Below, piece after piece: positions 8,978-18,610 of a DNA stretch of 64,000 nt. The stretch's first letter is position 1; each line of letters starts with the position of its first letter. Both the position numbers and the translations under genes were made by a program. A model generated the notes under the pieces. That model saw only the letters and a list, made by a program, of their open reading frames with translations. It had not been told where the DNA came from and searched no databases. This DNA is from Marinicella sp. (GTDB lineage: Bacteria; Pseudomonadota; Gammaproteobacteria; Xanthomonadales; Marinicellaceae): positions 3,328,001-3,392,000 of the forward strand of contig OZ246001.1 of the NCBI GenBank assembly GCA_965230295.1. The letters are read 5' to 3'.

Positions 8978-9706
8978 ATGGACTGGTTACATGAAATTTT
9001 CAGAAACACACACATGATTGGCGGGTTTGTGGGTTTGGGTTTGTTTTGGATTCCACTGCTCAGTAAGAAAGGCAGTCCGATGCACAAAAAATTAGGCAAA
9101 ATTTGGATGTGGTTGGCACGTTTGGTGCTGTTAACCGCCTTCTTGGGTATTTTGATGTATGTCCCTGATTTACTGGCAGCAGGAAAAACACCTTTCAGTC
9201 ACCCCAACAGTTATGCTTTTCTCATATTTTTGGGGTATTTATCGATCGTGACATTTGTCATCACCATTTATGCTGTTGACGTGTTAAAGCACAAAACCGA
9301 TGTGAGTCAATTGGCCACTCCTTACATGAAGTCACAGGCCTATGTTTGTATAGCGCTGAGTCTGGTGATTGTGGCTTATGCCTTTATCTATAACCCTGAC
9401 ACTAAAATTGTGTTGTTGGCATTGAGTCCTGTGGGGTTATCCACCGGCTGGGGTATGCTTTCATACATGGCGGGCAAACAACCCAGTAAACGGGCTTGGT
9501 TATACGAACATTTGGGCTCGGTTATTGGCGCCGGTATTGCCTTCCATACGGCATTTGCGGTGTTTGGTATGACCCGCATATTTGACATTGGTTTAACGGG
9601 CGGCTTGGCAGTGATTCCCTGGATTTTACCGGCATTGATTGGCATTCCGGCGTCCATCATTTGGCGCCGACACTACCAAAAGAAATTCAACGAAATACCT
9701 GCATGA
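8978..9706 (+). CDS. Multi-TM membrane protein (DUF2306-like)
   Basis: H...SKKGSPMHKKLGK motif, about 7 TM segments, WLYEHL; GAGG SD. Confidence 0.7.
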   Translation: MDWLHEIFRNTHMIGGFVGLGLFWIPLLSKKGSPMHKKLGKIWMWLARLVLLTAFLGILMYVPDLLAAGKTPFSHPNSYAFLIFLGYLSIVTFVITIYAVDVLKHKTDVSQLATPYMKSQAYVCIALSLVIVAYAFIYNPDTKIVLLALSPVGLSTGWGMLSYMAGKQPSKRAWLYEHLGSVIGAGIAFHTAFAVFGMTRIFDIGLTGGLAVIPWILPALIGIPASIIWRRHYQKKFNEIPA

Positions 9707-9716
9707 GGGGCAAGGT

Positions 9717-10268
9717 TTGAGTTTAAAACACATATTACTGGGCATATTGCAGCAACCCAAGAGCGGCTATGACGTCAAAAAAATGTTTGATCAAGTGTTC
9801 AGTAATTTTTGGGCCGCTGAGTTGTCGCAAATTTATCCACAGTTAAAACGGTTATCTGATCAGGGCATGCTCACAGTTGAAGCTGAAGAGTCGACCAAAG
9901 GTCCCAATAAAAAGATTTACCATACAACGGCAAGTGGACAACAGGAATTGGTGGACTGGTTAACCCAAGGGCCAGTCACCAATACTGAGAAATTGGCTTA
10001 CCTGGCACAAACTTTTTTCCTCGGGGCAATCAAGTCTCATCAGCAACGGATTAAATTCATGGAAGATTTGTTGCTGCACATGAAATCTTGGCACAACACA
10101 TTGGTGGCCATACAGAATGAAACCAAAGCCGATTACCCCAATTATCCGCATGATCTTCCCGATGAAGAGTTCTACCCAAACCTGACCTTGATGTTGGGGG
10201 TCAAAAAAATCGGTGCCAATGTGGCATGGGTGAAAGAAACATTGGTGCTGTTAAAAGAAAGAAGTTGA
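9717..10268 (+). CDS. PadR family transcriptional regulator (AphA-like)
   Basis: Likely TTG start; SLKHILLG..SGYD..FWAAELSQIYPQL..KKIYHTTASG. Confidence 0.9.
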   Translation: MSLKHILLGILQQPKSGYDVKKMFDQVFSNFWAAELSQIYPQLKRLSDQGMLTVEAEESTKGPNKKIYHTTASGQQELVDWLTQGPVTNTEKLAYLAQTFFLGAIKSHQQRIKFMEDLLLHMKSWHNTLVAIQNETKADYPNYPHDLPDEEFYPNLTLMLGVKKIGANVAWVKETLVLLKERS

Positions 10269-10300
10269 ACCTAAACCAAAATGTAATGATCTAACCACAT

Positions 10301-10993
10301 ATGAACGGGTGGTTGATAAGAGTGGCATTGATATGGGGGTTTTTATTTCCTCAGTCAGGTAATACTGAGTTCAAAAGTCAGTGTTATGGTGAACCTCATA
10401 ACGGTCTGATCAAACATACCGTACAATTGCCTAAGACCGGCACAAACTTCAAAGCATACAGCCAGTTCGGCTGGTATTTGGGACGAACCTATGTCCATGA
10501 AAAGGTGGCTGCTGTGGTACTAGGAGCTTATGAAAAACTGTACGTGGCAAACCCAAAACATACATTTGTTTATGGTGAAACTGGTTGGCCTGAAGGTGGT
10601 CTTTTCAAACCGCACAAAACCCACCAAAATGGTTTGTCTGTTGATTTTATGGTGCCAGTGATGGATGCCAACAACCACCCTGTATCTTTACCATTAACGG
10701 CTGCTAACCGATATGGCTATGACTTGGAATTTGACCAACAAGGGCAAGGTGAGGGTATGCGTATTGATTTTGAGTTATTGGCTTCTCACATCAAACATTT
10801 ACACCTGCAGGCTAAAACCCATGGCATTGCCATCAAAAGAGTGATTCTGGCTCCGGATTTACAACCCGGGTTATTCGGCACCACCACTGGTGACTACCTC
10901 AACCAACACATCAAGTTCAACACAAACCAGGCCTGGGTCAGACATGACGAACATTACCACGTTGATTTCTCGGTAAAGTGCTTGCCGTTATAA
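10301..10993 (+). CDS. Penicillin-insensitive murein endopeptidase-like (MepA/LAS family)
   Basis: Signal peptide; HKTHQNGLSVDF and RHDEHYHVDF zinc-ligand motifs. Confidence 0.8.
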   Translation: MNGWLIRVALIWGFLFPQSGNTEFKSQCYGEPHNGLIKHTVQLPKTGTNFKAYSQFGWYLGRTYVHEKVAAVVLGAYEKLYVANPKHTFVYGETGWPEGGLFKPHKTHQNGLSVDFMVPVMDANNHPVSLPLTAANRYGYDLEFDQQGQGEGMRIDFELLASHIKHLHLQAKTHGIAIKRVILAPDLQPGLFGTTTGDYLNQHIKFNTNQAWVRHDEHYHVDFSVKCLPL

Positions 10994-11102
10994 TCGCTGT
11001 GAGGACATAAATAACAGCTAATGCACACCTTTTATAAGAAAAAGGTTGCGATATAACCACAGTCTCTTATGATAAGCACTTTTTATCGTTGGAACGGTTG
11101 GT

Positions 11103-12305
11103 ATGAGTGAATTTGTTGCTGATTTGGTTAAACGCGTAAAGCCTTCTGCAACCATTGCCGTCAGTATGAAAGCGGCTGAATTGAAAAGGGCGGGTAAAGA
11201 CGTCATTGGCTTGGGAGCAGGAGAACCTGATTTTGATACCCCGGAGCACATCAAAGAGGCGGCCATCGAAGCCATCAGAACTGGACAGACTAAGTACACT
11301 GCAGTCGATGGCACACCTGAGTTGAAGCAGGCCATTATGGGTAAATTGTTGCGTGAAAATCACGTCAGTTACCAACCCAATGAACTGTTGGTTTCTTGTG
11401 GTGCCAAGCACAGTATTTTTAATTTATTGAATGCTGTGATCAATCCAGGTGATGAAGTCATTATCCCAACACCTTATTGGGTGTCATATCCGGACATGAC
11501 ATTATTGGCCGGTGGTCATTCAGTGATTGTAGAAACCACCATTGAAGCCAATTTCAAACTCACTGCTGAGCAATTACAAGCCGCCATCACTCCAAGAACA
11601 AAACTGGTGATGTTGAACTCACCCAGTAACCCAACCGGTAAAGCCTACACAGAAGCTGAGCTGTCAGCCCTGGGTGAAGTGATTAAGGCCAATCCACATG
11701 TGTTGATTGCCACAGATGACATCTATGAACACATTTACTGGGGCCAAGAACCTTTGACCAATTTGGTGTCCTTATTTCCTGAAATGAAGGATCGGGTGAT
11801 TATCATCAATGGTGTTTCCAAAGCCTATGCCATGACTGGCTGGCGTATTGGCTATGCAGCAGGCCCTGCTGACATCATAACGGCCATGCGTAAGATCCAG
11901 TCTCAAAGTACCTCTAACCCATGCTCCATTTCGCAAGCGGCGGCCACGGCTGCTTATAATGGCCCTCAAGATTGCTTGGGTGTGATGAAGGCAGCTTTTA
12001 AAGAGCGTCATGATTATTTGGTTGAGGCGCTGGATGCATTACCGGGGATCAACTGCTCGGAAGGCAATGGCGCATTTTATGCCTTTCCTGATGTAACAGA
12101 AGTGATCAGCCAAATTGATGGTGTTGATGATGATGTTGAGCTGTCAACCTGGTTATTGGAGCAAGCAGGTGTTGCCGTGGTGCCTGGCACGCCATTTGGG
12201 GCTCCCGGGTATGTGCGCTTATCGTTCGCCACATCAATTGATGTTTTGAAAGATGCTGTGGGTCGAATCGAAGATGCACTTCAGTCGGTCTTTAAATCAG
12301 GCTAA
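11103..12305 (+). CDS. PLP-dependent class I/II aminotransferase (aspartate aminotransferase type)
   Basis: GEPDFDTP, NSPSNPTG, SKAYAMTGWRIG. Confidence 0.95.
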   Translation: MSEFVADLVKRVKPSATIAVSMKAAELKRAGKDVIGLGAGEPDFDTPEHIKEAAIEAIRTGQTKYTAVDGTPELKQAIMGKLLRENHVSYQPNELLVSCGAKHSIFNLLNAVINPGDEVIIPTPYWVSYPDMTLLAGGHSVIVETTIEANFKLTAEQLQAAITPRTKLVMLNSPSNPTGKAYTEAELSALGEVIKANPHVLIATDDIYEHIYWGQEPLTNLVSLFPEMKDRVIIINGVSKAYAMTGWRIGYAAGPADIITAMRKIQSQSTSNPCSISQAAATAAYNGPQDCLGVMKAAFKERHDYLVEALDALPGINCSEGNGAFYAFPDVTEVISQIDGVDDDVELSTWLLEQAGVAVVPGTPFGAPGYVRLSFATSIDVLKDAVGRIEDALQSVFKSG

Positions 12306-12307
12306 CT

Positions 12308-13552
12308 ATGCAATACCGAATCACTGTCCATTATGCAGAACTGGCTTTAAAGGGTAAAAATCGCAGCCAATTTGTGAAGCGTTTGCGTCAGAATGTCCGG
12401 CGTAAATTGGCCTCATTGAACTTTGATTGGGAAGTGACATCCATTCATGACCGCATTTTTATCGAAGCGGGCCATGTGGCTTCGACTGATGCAGAGTATG
12501 TGGTCGCTGAAATTGCAAGGATCCCAGGCATAGCCTGGTTAAGCCATGTCCACTGGTTTGGAACCAAGGAATATCAATTCAATCAGCCCAATGCTGACCT
12601 GTCGCCATTACATGCAGTGATCAAAGAAATGGCGATCAAAACCTTTAAGCCAGATCATAGTTTTGCCATGAAGGTCAAACGCAGTGATAAGCAGTTTCCT
12701 ATGACTTCTCAACAGTTGGCCATAGATTTGGCGGGAACTGTTCTCAAAGAGACTCAATGGGAACAGGTTGATCTCAAAGCCGCCGATCAATTTTTCTATG
12801 TCAATATTTCAAACAGGGGCATAGCAGTGCATTCTAATAAGATCAGAGGGACTGGCGGTTTACCGGTATCAACCACGGGTCGGGTACTGACGTTGTTATC
12901 AGGTGGTTTTGATTCCCCGGTTGCTGCTTGGTTGATGGCCAATCGAGGTTGTAACGTTGATTTTGTCCACTTTTCAGCCAGCCACCACAACAGCAAGGAT
13001 GTGGAGGCGTACAAAATTTCCAGGATAGTCAAAACCATCAGTGAGGTGGCAGGTAGGGTCCGGTTATATATTGTGCCTTATACCCATTTCGATATGGCGC
13101 TGATGGAACATGGTTTGAGCTACGATTTGATATTGTTTCGTCGTTTTATGGCGAGGGTTTCAGAAAAACTCATGGAGAGAATCGAAGCACAGGCTTTGGT
13201 TACTGGTGATAATTTAGGCCAAGTGGCTTCTCAAACCCTGGAAAACATTGACTCCATGAATCAATCAATTGCTGCGCCCATCTTACGGCCTTTGCTGACT
13301 TATAACAAAGAACAAATCATAGAACTCTCCAATCAACTGGGCTTATTTGAAGTTTGTTGTGAACCCTATAAAGACTGCTGTGCTCTGATCAGTAAAAACC
13401 CGAAAACCAAATCAAAAGCCGAATTTTTGGAAAAATTAGAACTCAATCACCTCACTCATTATGATGAGTTAATGGAAGACACTTTGGCAGAAATGACTCA
13501 AGTCACCTATAACTTTGGACATTTAGAGCACATCAAACAAGGGGAGGGGTAA
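12308..13552 (+). CDS. thiI: tRNA 4-thiouridine synthase, short form without rhodanese domain
   Basis: ELALKGKNR, THUMP region, PP-loop LLSGGFDSPVA, GQVASQTLEN. Confidence 0.92.
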   Translation: MQYRITVHYAELALKGKNRSQFVKRLRQNVRRKLASLNFDWEVTSIHDRIFIEAGHVASTDAEYVVAEIARIPGIAWLSHVHWFGTKEYQFNQPNADLSPLHAVIKEMAIKTFKPDHSFAMKVKRSDKQFPMTSQQLAIDLAGTVLKETQWEQVDLKAADQFFYVNISNRGIAVHSNKIRGTGGLPVSTTGRVLTLLSGGFDSPVAAWLMANRGCNVDFVHFSASHHNSKDVEAYKISRIVKTISEVAGRVRLYIVPYTHFDMALMEHGLSYDLILFRRFMARVSEKLMERIEAQALVTGDNLGQVASQTLENIDSMNQSIAAPILRPLLTYNKEQIIELSNQLGLFEVCCEPYKDCCALISKNPKTKSKAEFLEKLELNHLTHYDELMEDTLAEMTQVTYNFGHLEHIKQGEG

Positions 13553-13561
13553 GCAGATAGC

Positions 13562-14053
13562 ATGCCAACACCAAGCATAAGACTGATCAAACCTGAAGAC
13601 AACAAAGCAGTCAGGGAGCTGGTGTTAGAAACACTTGCTGAATTCGGTTTGTTTGGCGAAGGCTTTGCCGGTGTAGATAAGGAGTTGGAAGACATGCATG
13701 CTGCTTATGCAGATGAGCTGAGTGCTTATTATGTCGTTGAAGTTGATGGCAAAGTGGCAGGGGTGGGTGGATATGCACCTTTGCTTGGTACCAGACGTGG
13801 TACCACGGCTGAGTTAAGGAAAATGTACTTAACTAATGCGTTACGTGGCCAAGGGCTTGGTCAAAGATTGATTGATTTGTGTATCCATGAAGCCACTCAA
13901 AAGAAGTATTCAAACATGTATTTGGAAACTGTGCCTGAAATGAAAGCCGCACAAGCTTTGTACCTGAAGAATGGTTTCAATTACGTTGAGCGTATGGGAG
14001 AGACAGGTCATTGTAACTGCAGTGTAACCATGGTGAGAAAATTGAATGATTAA
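13562..14053 (+). CDS. GNAT family acetyltransferase
   Basis: AELRKMY, RGQGLG, AQALYLKNGF. Confidence 0.9.
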   Translation: MPTPSIRLIKPEDNKAVRELVLETLAEFGLFGEGFAGVDKELEDMHAAYADELSAYYVVEVDGKVAGVGGYAPLLGTRRGTTAELRKMYLTNALRGQGLGQRLIDLCIHEATQKKYSNMYLETVPEMKAAQALYLKNGFNYVERMGETGHCNCSVTMVRKLND

Positions 14054-15119
14054 ACCATTACTGGTAATAATTCTTATAACGGTCAGCGTCTCTTGTGCTA
14101 ATCAGCAACGCCTAGCCAGTGATCTCCCAGATGAATTACCCATTGCAATCAGCAACAACGCCACAGCTTATTTGAATGTAGATGGTCAGGATCAGTATTA
14201 CAGTTTCAATGGCTTGACGACAGGTAAATCATATCAGGACATCACCAACCAGGCATTCGTCTGGAAAACTGGTGTTTGGCGTGAATTGGAGGTGCCTGCA
14301 GAACAATTACCTGTGTTGGCTTCTGTTGCTGTTGGTGTAGGAAGTTCTGTGTATTTGTTTGGCGGTTATACCGTGGCAGCTGACCACAGTGAAAAATCAA
14401 TACCCAATGTATGGCAAATCAACGGTAAGGATCAAAGTTGGACAGCGTTACCCGCCATGCCCACACCAGTGGATGATGCAGTTGCGCTGGTGTATCAAGA
14501 TCGATACATATATTTGATCAGTGGCTGGCATGATGTTGATAATGTTGACTTGGTCCAAGTATATGACATCAAAAACAAGGCTTGGCAGCAAGCCACAGCA
14601 TTTCCTCTGCCAGCTGTGTTTGGCCATGCCGGTGGTATTGTCGACAACCAAATGGTTGTTTGTGATGGCGTCAAAGTACTTTGGCAAGGGGAGAAAAAAC
14701 AATTTCTTCCATCTCCTGCATGTGCTGTTGGTGTGATCAATCCCAATGACCACACTGACATTGTATGGCAAACCATCGAACACCACAGTGGCATTGCGTA
14801 CTACCGCATGGCAGCCACCAGCGATGAATCAAATCAAATATACTTTGTTGCAGGCAGTGACAATCCGTATAATTATGACGGCATTGGGTACAACAAGGTC
14901 CCATCTGAACCAAGTAACAACATCAGAATATATGAGTTACAACATCACAAGTGGTCAACCATTGACAATTACATTCCCTCATCTATGGACCATCGTTCCA
15001 TGTTAAATACCAAGAAAAATTTTGTCATCATGGGTGGTATGGGAGAAAACCAAGCCGTCCTGGACCGCATCGTATATATCAAAAAATCAGAAATCCGAGC
15101 TGATTCATATAATAATTAA
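14046..15119 (+). CDS. Secreted Kelch-repeat beta-propeller protein
   Basis: Repeated YLFGG/YLISG/VIMGG...W kelch motifs; N-terminal signal. Confidence 0.85.
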   Translation: MIKPLLVIILITVSVSCANQQRLASDLPDELPIAISNNATAYLNVDGQDQYYSFNGLTTGKSYQDITNQAFVWKTGVWRELEVPAEQLPVLASVAVGVGSSVYLFGGYTVAADHSEKSIPNVWQINGKDQSWTALPAMPTPVDDAVALVYQDRYIYLISGWHDVDNVDLVQVYDIKNKAWQQATAFPLPAVFGHAGGIVDNQMVVCDGVKVLWQGEKKQFLPSPACAVGVINPNDHTDIVWQTIEHHSGIAYYRMAATSDESNQIYFVAGSDNPYNYDGIGYNKVPSEPSNNIRIYELQHHKWSTIDNYIPSSMDHRSMLNTKKNFVIMGGMGENQAVLDRIVYIKKSEIRADSYNN

Positions 15120-15133
15120 GAGAGAGAATATTT

Positions 15134-17683
15134 ATGAAAATCATGACTTTTGTCAGCTGTTTGTTCATGCTGTTTATATTTCAAGCGACACCCAGTTCAG
15201 CAGGCGAGGGCTTGCCGGATGGGGATGGTCCTTGGATCGTGTTGAATCATTACCAAAATAAAGACGATGTTTTGGCACTCAAAGAAGACTATGATTTGTG
15301 GAAAATTGACGAAAAGAATAAGACAGTCTTGATGATGATTGATGAGCCGGCAGCTTATCAAGAACTATTGGATCTTGGGTTCTCACTCAAATTACACGAC
15401 GAATTGATGAGTCAGCAAGCCGAGTTAATGAAGCAAAAGTTCCTTGGGAAAATGCCAATCACTGGCTTTCCTTGTTACCGCACAGTGGCTGAAACCTATG
15501 CGGCTATGACCACCATGCAAAACGATTATCCAGATTTGGTCACATTGATCGATATTGGTGATTCTTGGCACAAAACTGAGCCTGGAGGTTTGGCTGGTCA
15601 TGACATTCAAGTGGTGAAAATCACCAATGCCAATGTGGTTGATCCCAATAAGCCCATTTTATTTGCCATGGGTTCCATTCATTCACGTGAATACCCACCT
15701 GCTGAATTGGTGACTCGTTTTGGTGAACATGTGCTGTCAAATTACGGCTCAGACCCTGACATAACTTGGTTGGTTGACCACCATGAAATTCACTTGCTGA
15801 TGCAGGGTAACCCTGATGGTCGCAACATCTCTGAAAATGAAGCTTCACCCAACCAACGTAAAAACCGCAATGAAAACCATTGTTTTGGGGGGAATCAACA
15901 AGGCGTTGACATGAATCGGAACTTTGATTTCAGATGGAATCAAGGCACTGGTTCCAGTGGCAGTGACTGTAGCGAGGTCTTTCGAGGCGACTCAGCAGTC
16001 AGTGAACCGGAAACCACTGCGATTAATAATTACATCCAAACCTTATTTCCTGATCAAAGACCGGATGACCTGGTGACCGCTGCACCACTGGATAAACCAG
16101 GGGTGTATTTGGATATCCACAATGTGGCGGAGTTGACTTTATTTCCATTTGGTTTTTCTAACAGTGCAGGTCAGGCACCTAACCATGATCAATTGATGAC
16201 TTTGGCCAGACGCATGTCATTCTTTACTGGCTATCGCCCAGAACAATCCAATGCGTCACTGGGTGGTGCCGATGGTGCATCTGATGACAATGCTTATGGT
16301 ACTTTAGGTGTTGCTGCCTATACCATTGAGCTTGGCGAGGGAGGTTTTTACTCCAGTTGTTCTGCATTTGAAAACACCATTTATCCTGATAACCTTGAAG
16401 CCAATATATATGCTGCTAAAGCATCGCGAGCGCCTTATTTAACTGCATCAGGACCTGATGTGATCGATTTGCCACAGAATGTGATTGAAGTTTCAGCTGG
16501 CAATTCTTTTGCGGTCAACGGAACAGCGACAGACACTCGCTTTAATGCATCTAACGGTACTGAGCCCACCCACAACATCACTGCTGTTAAAGCCTATATA
16601 GGCACCCCTTCATGGGTGGGTGGTGCTGTGGCCATCGACATGAATCCAACCGATGGTAATTTCAATAGCAGCGTAGAAGCTTTTAACGGCAGCATAGACA
16701 CAACGGGTTTGGCTGAAGGCCGATACACCGTTTGGTTTGAAGCCACTGATGATGGTTCTGTTGGGGCCTTCAATGGTATCACCGGTGTGCCTGCAGCGAT
16801 TTTTGTTGATGTGGTCAATCCAGCTAATATAGGTACACTTGATGGAACAGTGAGGGATTTATCTGACAATGAAGCTGTCGAACAAGTGTTGGTAGAGTAT
16901 GATGGCAATCAAACATTTACAGACAGTTCAGGTCAATACTCCATACAAACCTCAGCCACAACCGCGGATCTGATGTTTTCTAAGGTGGGGTATGTATCCA
17001 CAAGCATTTCATCAGTTGATGTTTTGGCTGGTATGACAACCACCCAGAACACGTTCTTAGCGCCCTCCTGTGAAACTATATTCTTAAATGATGATGTTGA
17101 AGCTTACAGTGTTATCGGGGAAGCCATCAGTGCAGGCTGGTCTTTGGTGAATGGATCTGGTGCCAGTAACGACTGGCGGGTCGAATCTGGAGATAATCAC
17201 ACGGTTGGTGGAACCAGAGCATTCGTGTCAAGTAATGTAGGTGAAGTTTCTGATAAGAGTCTTGTCACACCAGCCGTAGCGATCGGCGAACAAGCTGAGT
17301 TGACTTTCTGGCATAAACACCAATTTGAATCCAATAATGATGATTACGATGGTGGTGTGATTGAAATCAGTACCAATGGAGGCAGTAATTGGACAGACTT
17401 GGGCAATGACATCACTCAAAATGGTTACAACGGTACCCTCAGCTCCGGTTTCAGTAATCCATTGGGAGGCAGACCCGCTTTTGTGGACAGTTTGGGTACG
17501 TTTACTGAAGTCATTGTTGATTTATCATCATACAGCAACGAGACTGTTTTAATCAGGTGGCGCATGGGCACAGATTCTGACATATCTGCTGGAGATTGGA
17601 AAATAGATGACATCAATCTGATCGCATCTGGCGATTGTCCTGGGCCAATAGACATCATTTTTAAAGATAATTTTGATAATTGA
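15134..17683 (+). CDS. Secreted M14 zinc carboxypeptidase with C-terminal beta-rich domains and DIIFKDNFD tail
   Basis: Signal peptide; HSRE, NPDG, GVDMNRNF, SEPET, YTIELG. Confidence 0.9.
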   Translation: MKIMTFVSCLFMLFIFQATPSSAGEGLPDGDGPWIVLNHYQNKDDVLALKEDYDLWKIDEKNKTVLMMIDEPAAYQELLDLGFSLKLHDELMSQQAELMKQKFLGKMPITGFPCYRTVAETYAAMTTMQNDYPDLVTLIDIGDSWHKTEPGGLAGHDIQVVKITNANVVDPNKPILFAMGSIHSREYPPAELVTRFGEHVLSNYGSDPDITWLVDHHEIHLLMQGNPDGRNISENEASPNQRKNRNENHCFGGNQQGVDMNRNFDFRWNQGTGSSGSDCSEVFRGDSAVSEPETTAINNYIQTLFPDQRPDDLVTAAPLDKPGVYLDIHNVAELTLFPFGFSNSAGQAPNHDQLMTLARRMSFFTGYRPEQSNASLGGADGASDDNAYGTLGVAAYTIELGEGGFYSSCSAFENTIYPDNLEANIYAAKASRAPYLTASGPDVIDLPQNVIEVSAGNSFAVNGTATDTRFNASNGTEPTHNITAVKAYIGTPSWVGGAVAIDMNPTDGNFNSSVEAFNGSIDTTGLAEGRYTVWFEATDDGSVGAFNGITGVPAAIFVDVVNPANIGTLDGTVRDLSDNEAVEQVLVEYDGNQTFTDSSGQYSIQTSATTADLMFSKVGYVSTSISSVDVLAGMTTTQNTFLAPSCETIFLNDDVEAYSVIGEAISAGWSLVNGSGASNDWRVESGDNHTVGGTRAFVSSNVGEVSDKSLVTPAVAIGEQAELTFWHKHQFESNNDDYDGGVIEISTNGGSNWTDLGNDITQNGYNGTLSSGFSNPLGGRPAFVDSLGTFTEVIVDLSSYSNETVLIRWRMGTDSDISAGDWKIDDINLIASGDCPGPIDIIFKDNFDN

Positions 17684-17704
17684 TACAGGAAATAAACAGC
17701 TAAT

Positions 17705-18610
17705 ATGAAAGTAATCATTCAATCAAAATTAATTTTGATGTACTTACTGGCTTCAACAGCTTGCTCTGACGAGGTGATCAAATTAACTGATTATCAAGTG
17801 ATGTCTATCAACACCCATCATCCTTTTGAACCCTCAGGATTGACGCTTAAACATGGTCAGTTGTTTACTGTCTGTGATGATTCTAATTTTATCTATCAAG
17901 TCAATATACTGGATGACTCCAATGCTTCAGCAGAACCCGTGATTAAAATTGATCTGGCAGAGCTGGGGGCATCGGAATTGGATTTGGAAGGCTTGACCAC
18001 TGTTGGTGAGGCGTTTTACGCGGTCAGTGAAAAGCACCACAAACTCATTCGTGTTAGCGACCAGGCGGCTTCCTGGGTTCCAGCCAGTGACAGTATTTAT
18101 CAGAATGCTTATGAATCAGGTTTGTTTCAGATGGACAATGCAGGTCTGGAGGCGGCTGCCTATATGGGAGACCAGACATTTTTGCTTACTGTAGAGCGCC
18201 AACCCCGTGGCTTGATCGAAGTGACTTTTGACGACTCTTTTGAGCAGGTGATCAAACAAACCAATCAATTGTTTGATGACAGTAAATACCCGGTCGAATT
18301 AAGCAGAAAACCTGATTTAACCGGATTGTTTATTTATGACGATGTACTTTATGCCCTACACCGCAATGCATACCTGATACATGAATTAATTAAGGATGAA
18401 AATGGTCATTACCAAGAAGGTAAAGCATGGTCATATGAACACATTGTTAAAGCCCCGGAAAATGCCTACCAGGACATGCGCTTTGGCCATGCTGAAGGGT
18501 TGGCTGTCGATGCCGATTATTTTTACCTGATACTGGATAACAACAACAACCCTAAGTTGAAAAATCCAAACAACGTTCAGCCATTATTGATCAAAGTCAA
18601 ACGTCACTGA
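17705..18610 (+). CDS. Secreted beta-propeller protein (SdiA-regulated/phytase-like)
   Basis: EPSGL, DLEGLT, GLEAAA, AEGLAV repeats. Confidence 0.65.
   Translation: MKVIIQSKLILMYLLASTACSDEVIKLTDYQVMSINTHHPFEPSGLTLKHGQLFTVCDDSNFIYQVNILDDSNASAEPVIKIDLAELGASELDLEGLTTVGEAFYAVSEKHHKLIRVSDQAASWVPASDSIYQNAYESGLFQMDNAGLEAAAYMGDQTFLLTVERQPRGLIEVTFDDSFEQVIKQTNQLFDDSKYPVELSRKPDLTGLFIYDDVLYALHRNAYLIHELIKDENGHYQEGKAWSYEHIVKAPENAYQDMRFGHAEGLAVDADYFYLILDNNNNPKLKNPNNVQPLLIKVKRH

Noticed and set aside
18584-18610. 27-bp convergent overlap of two CDS ends
   Set aside because: Common in compact genomes; no further signal
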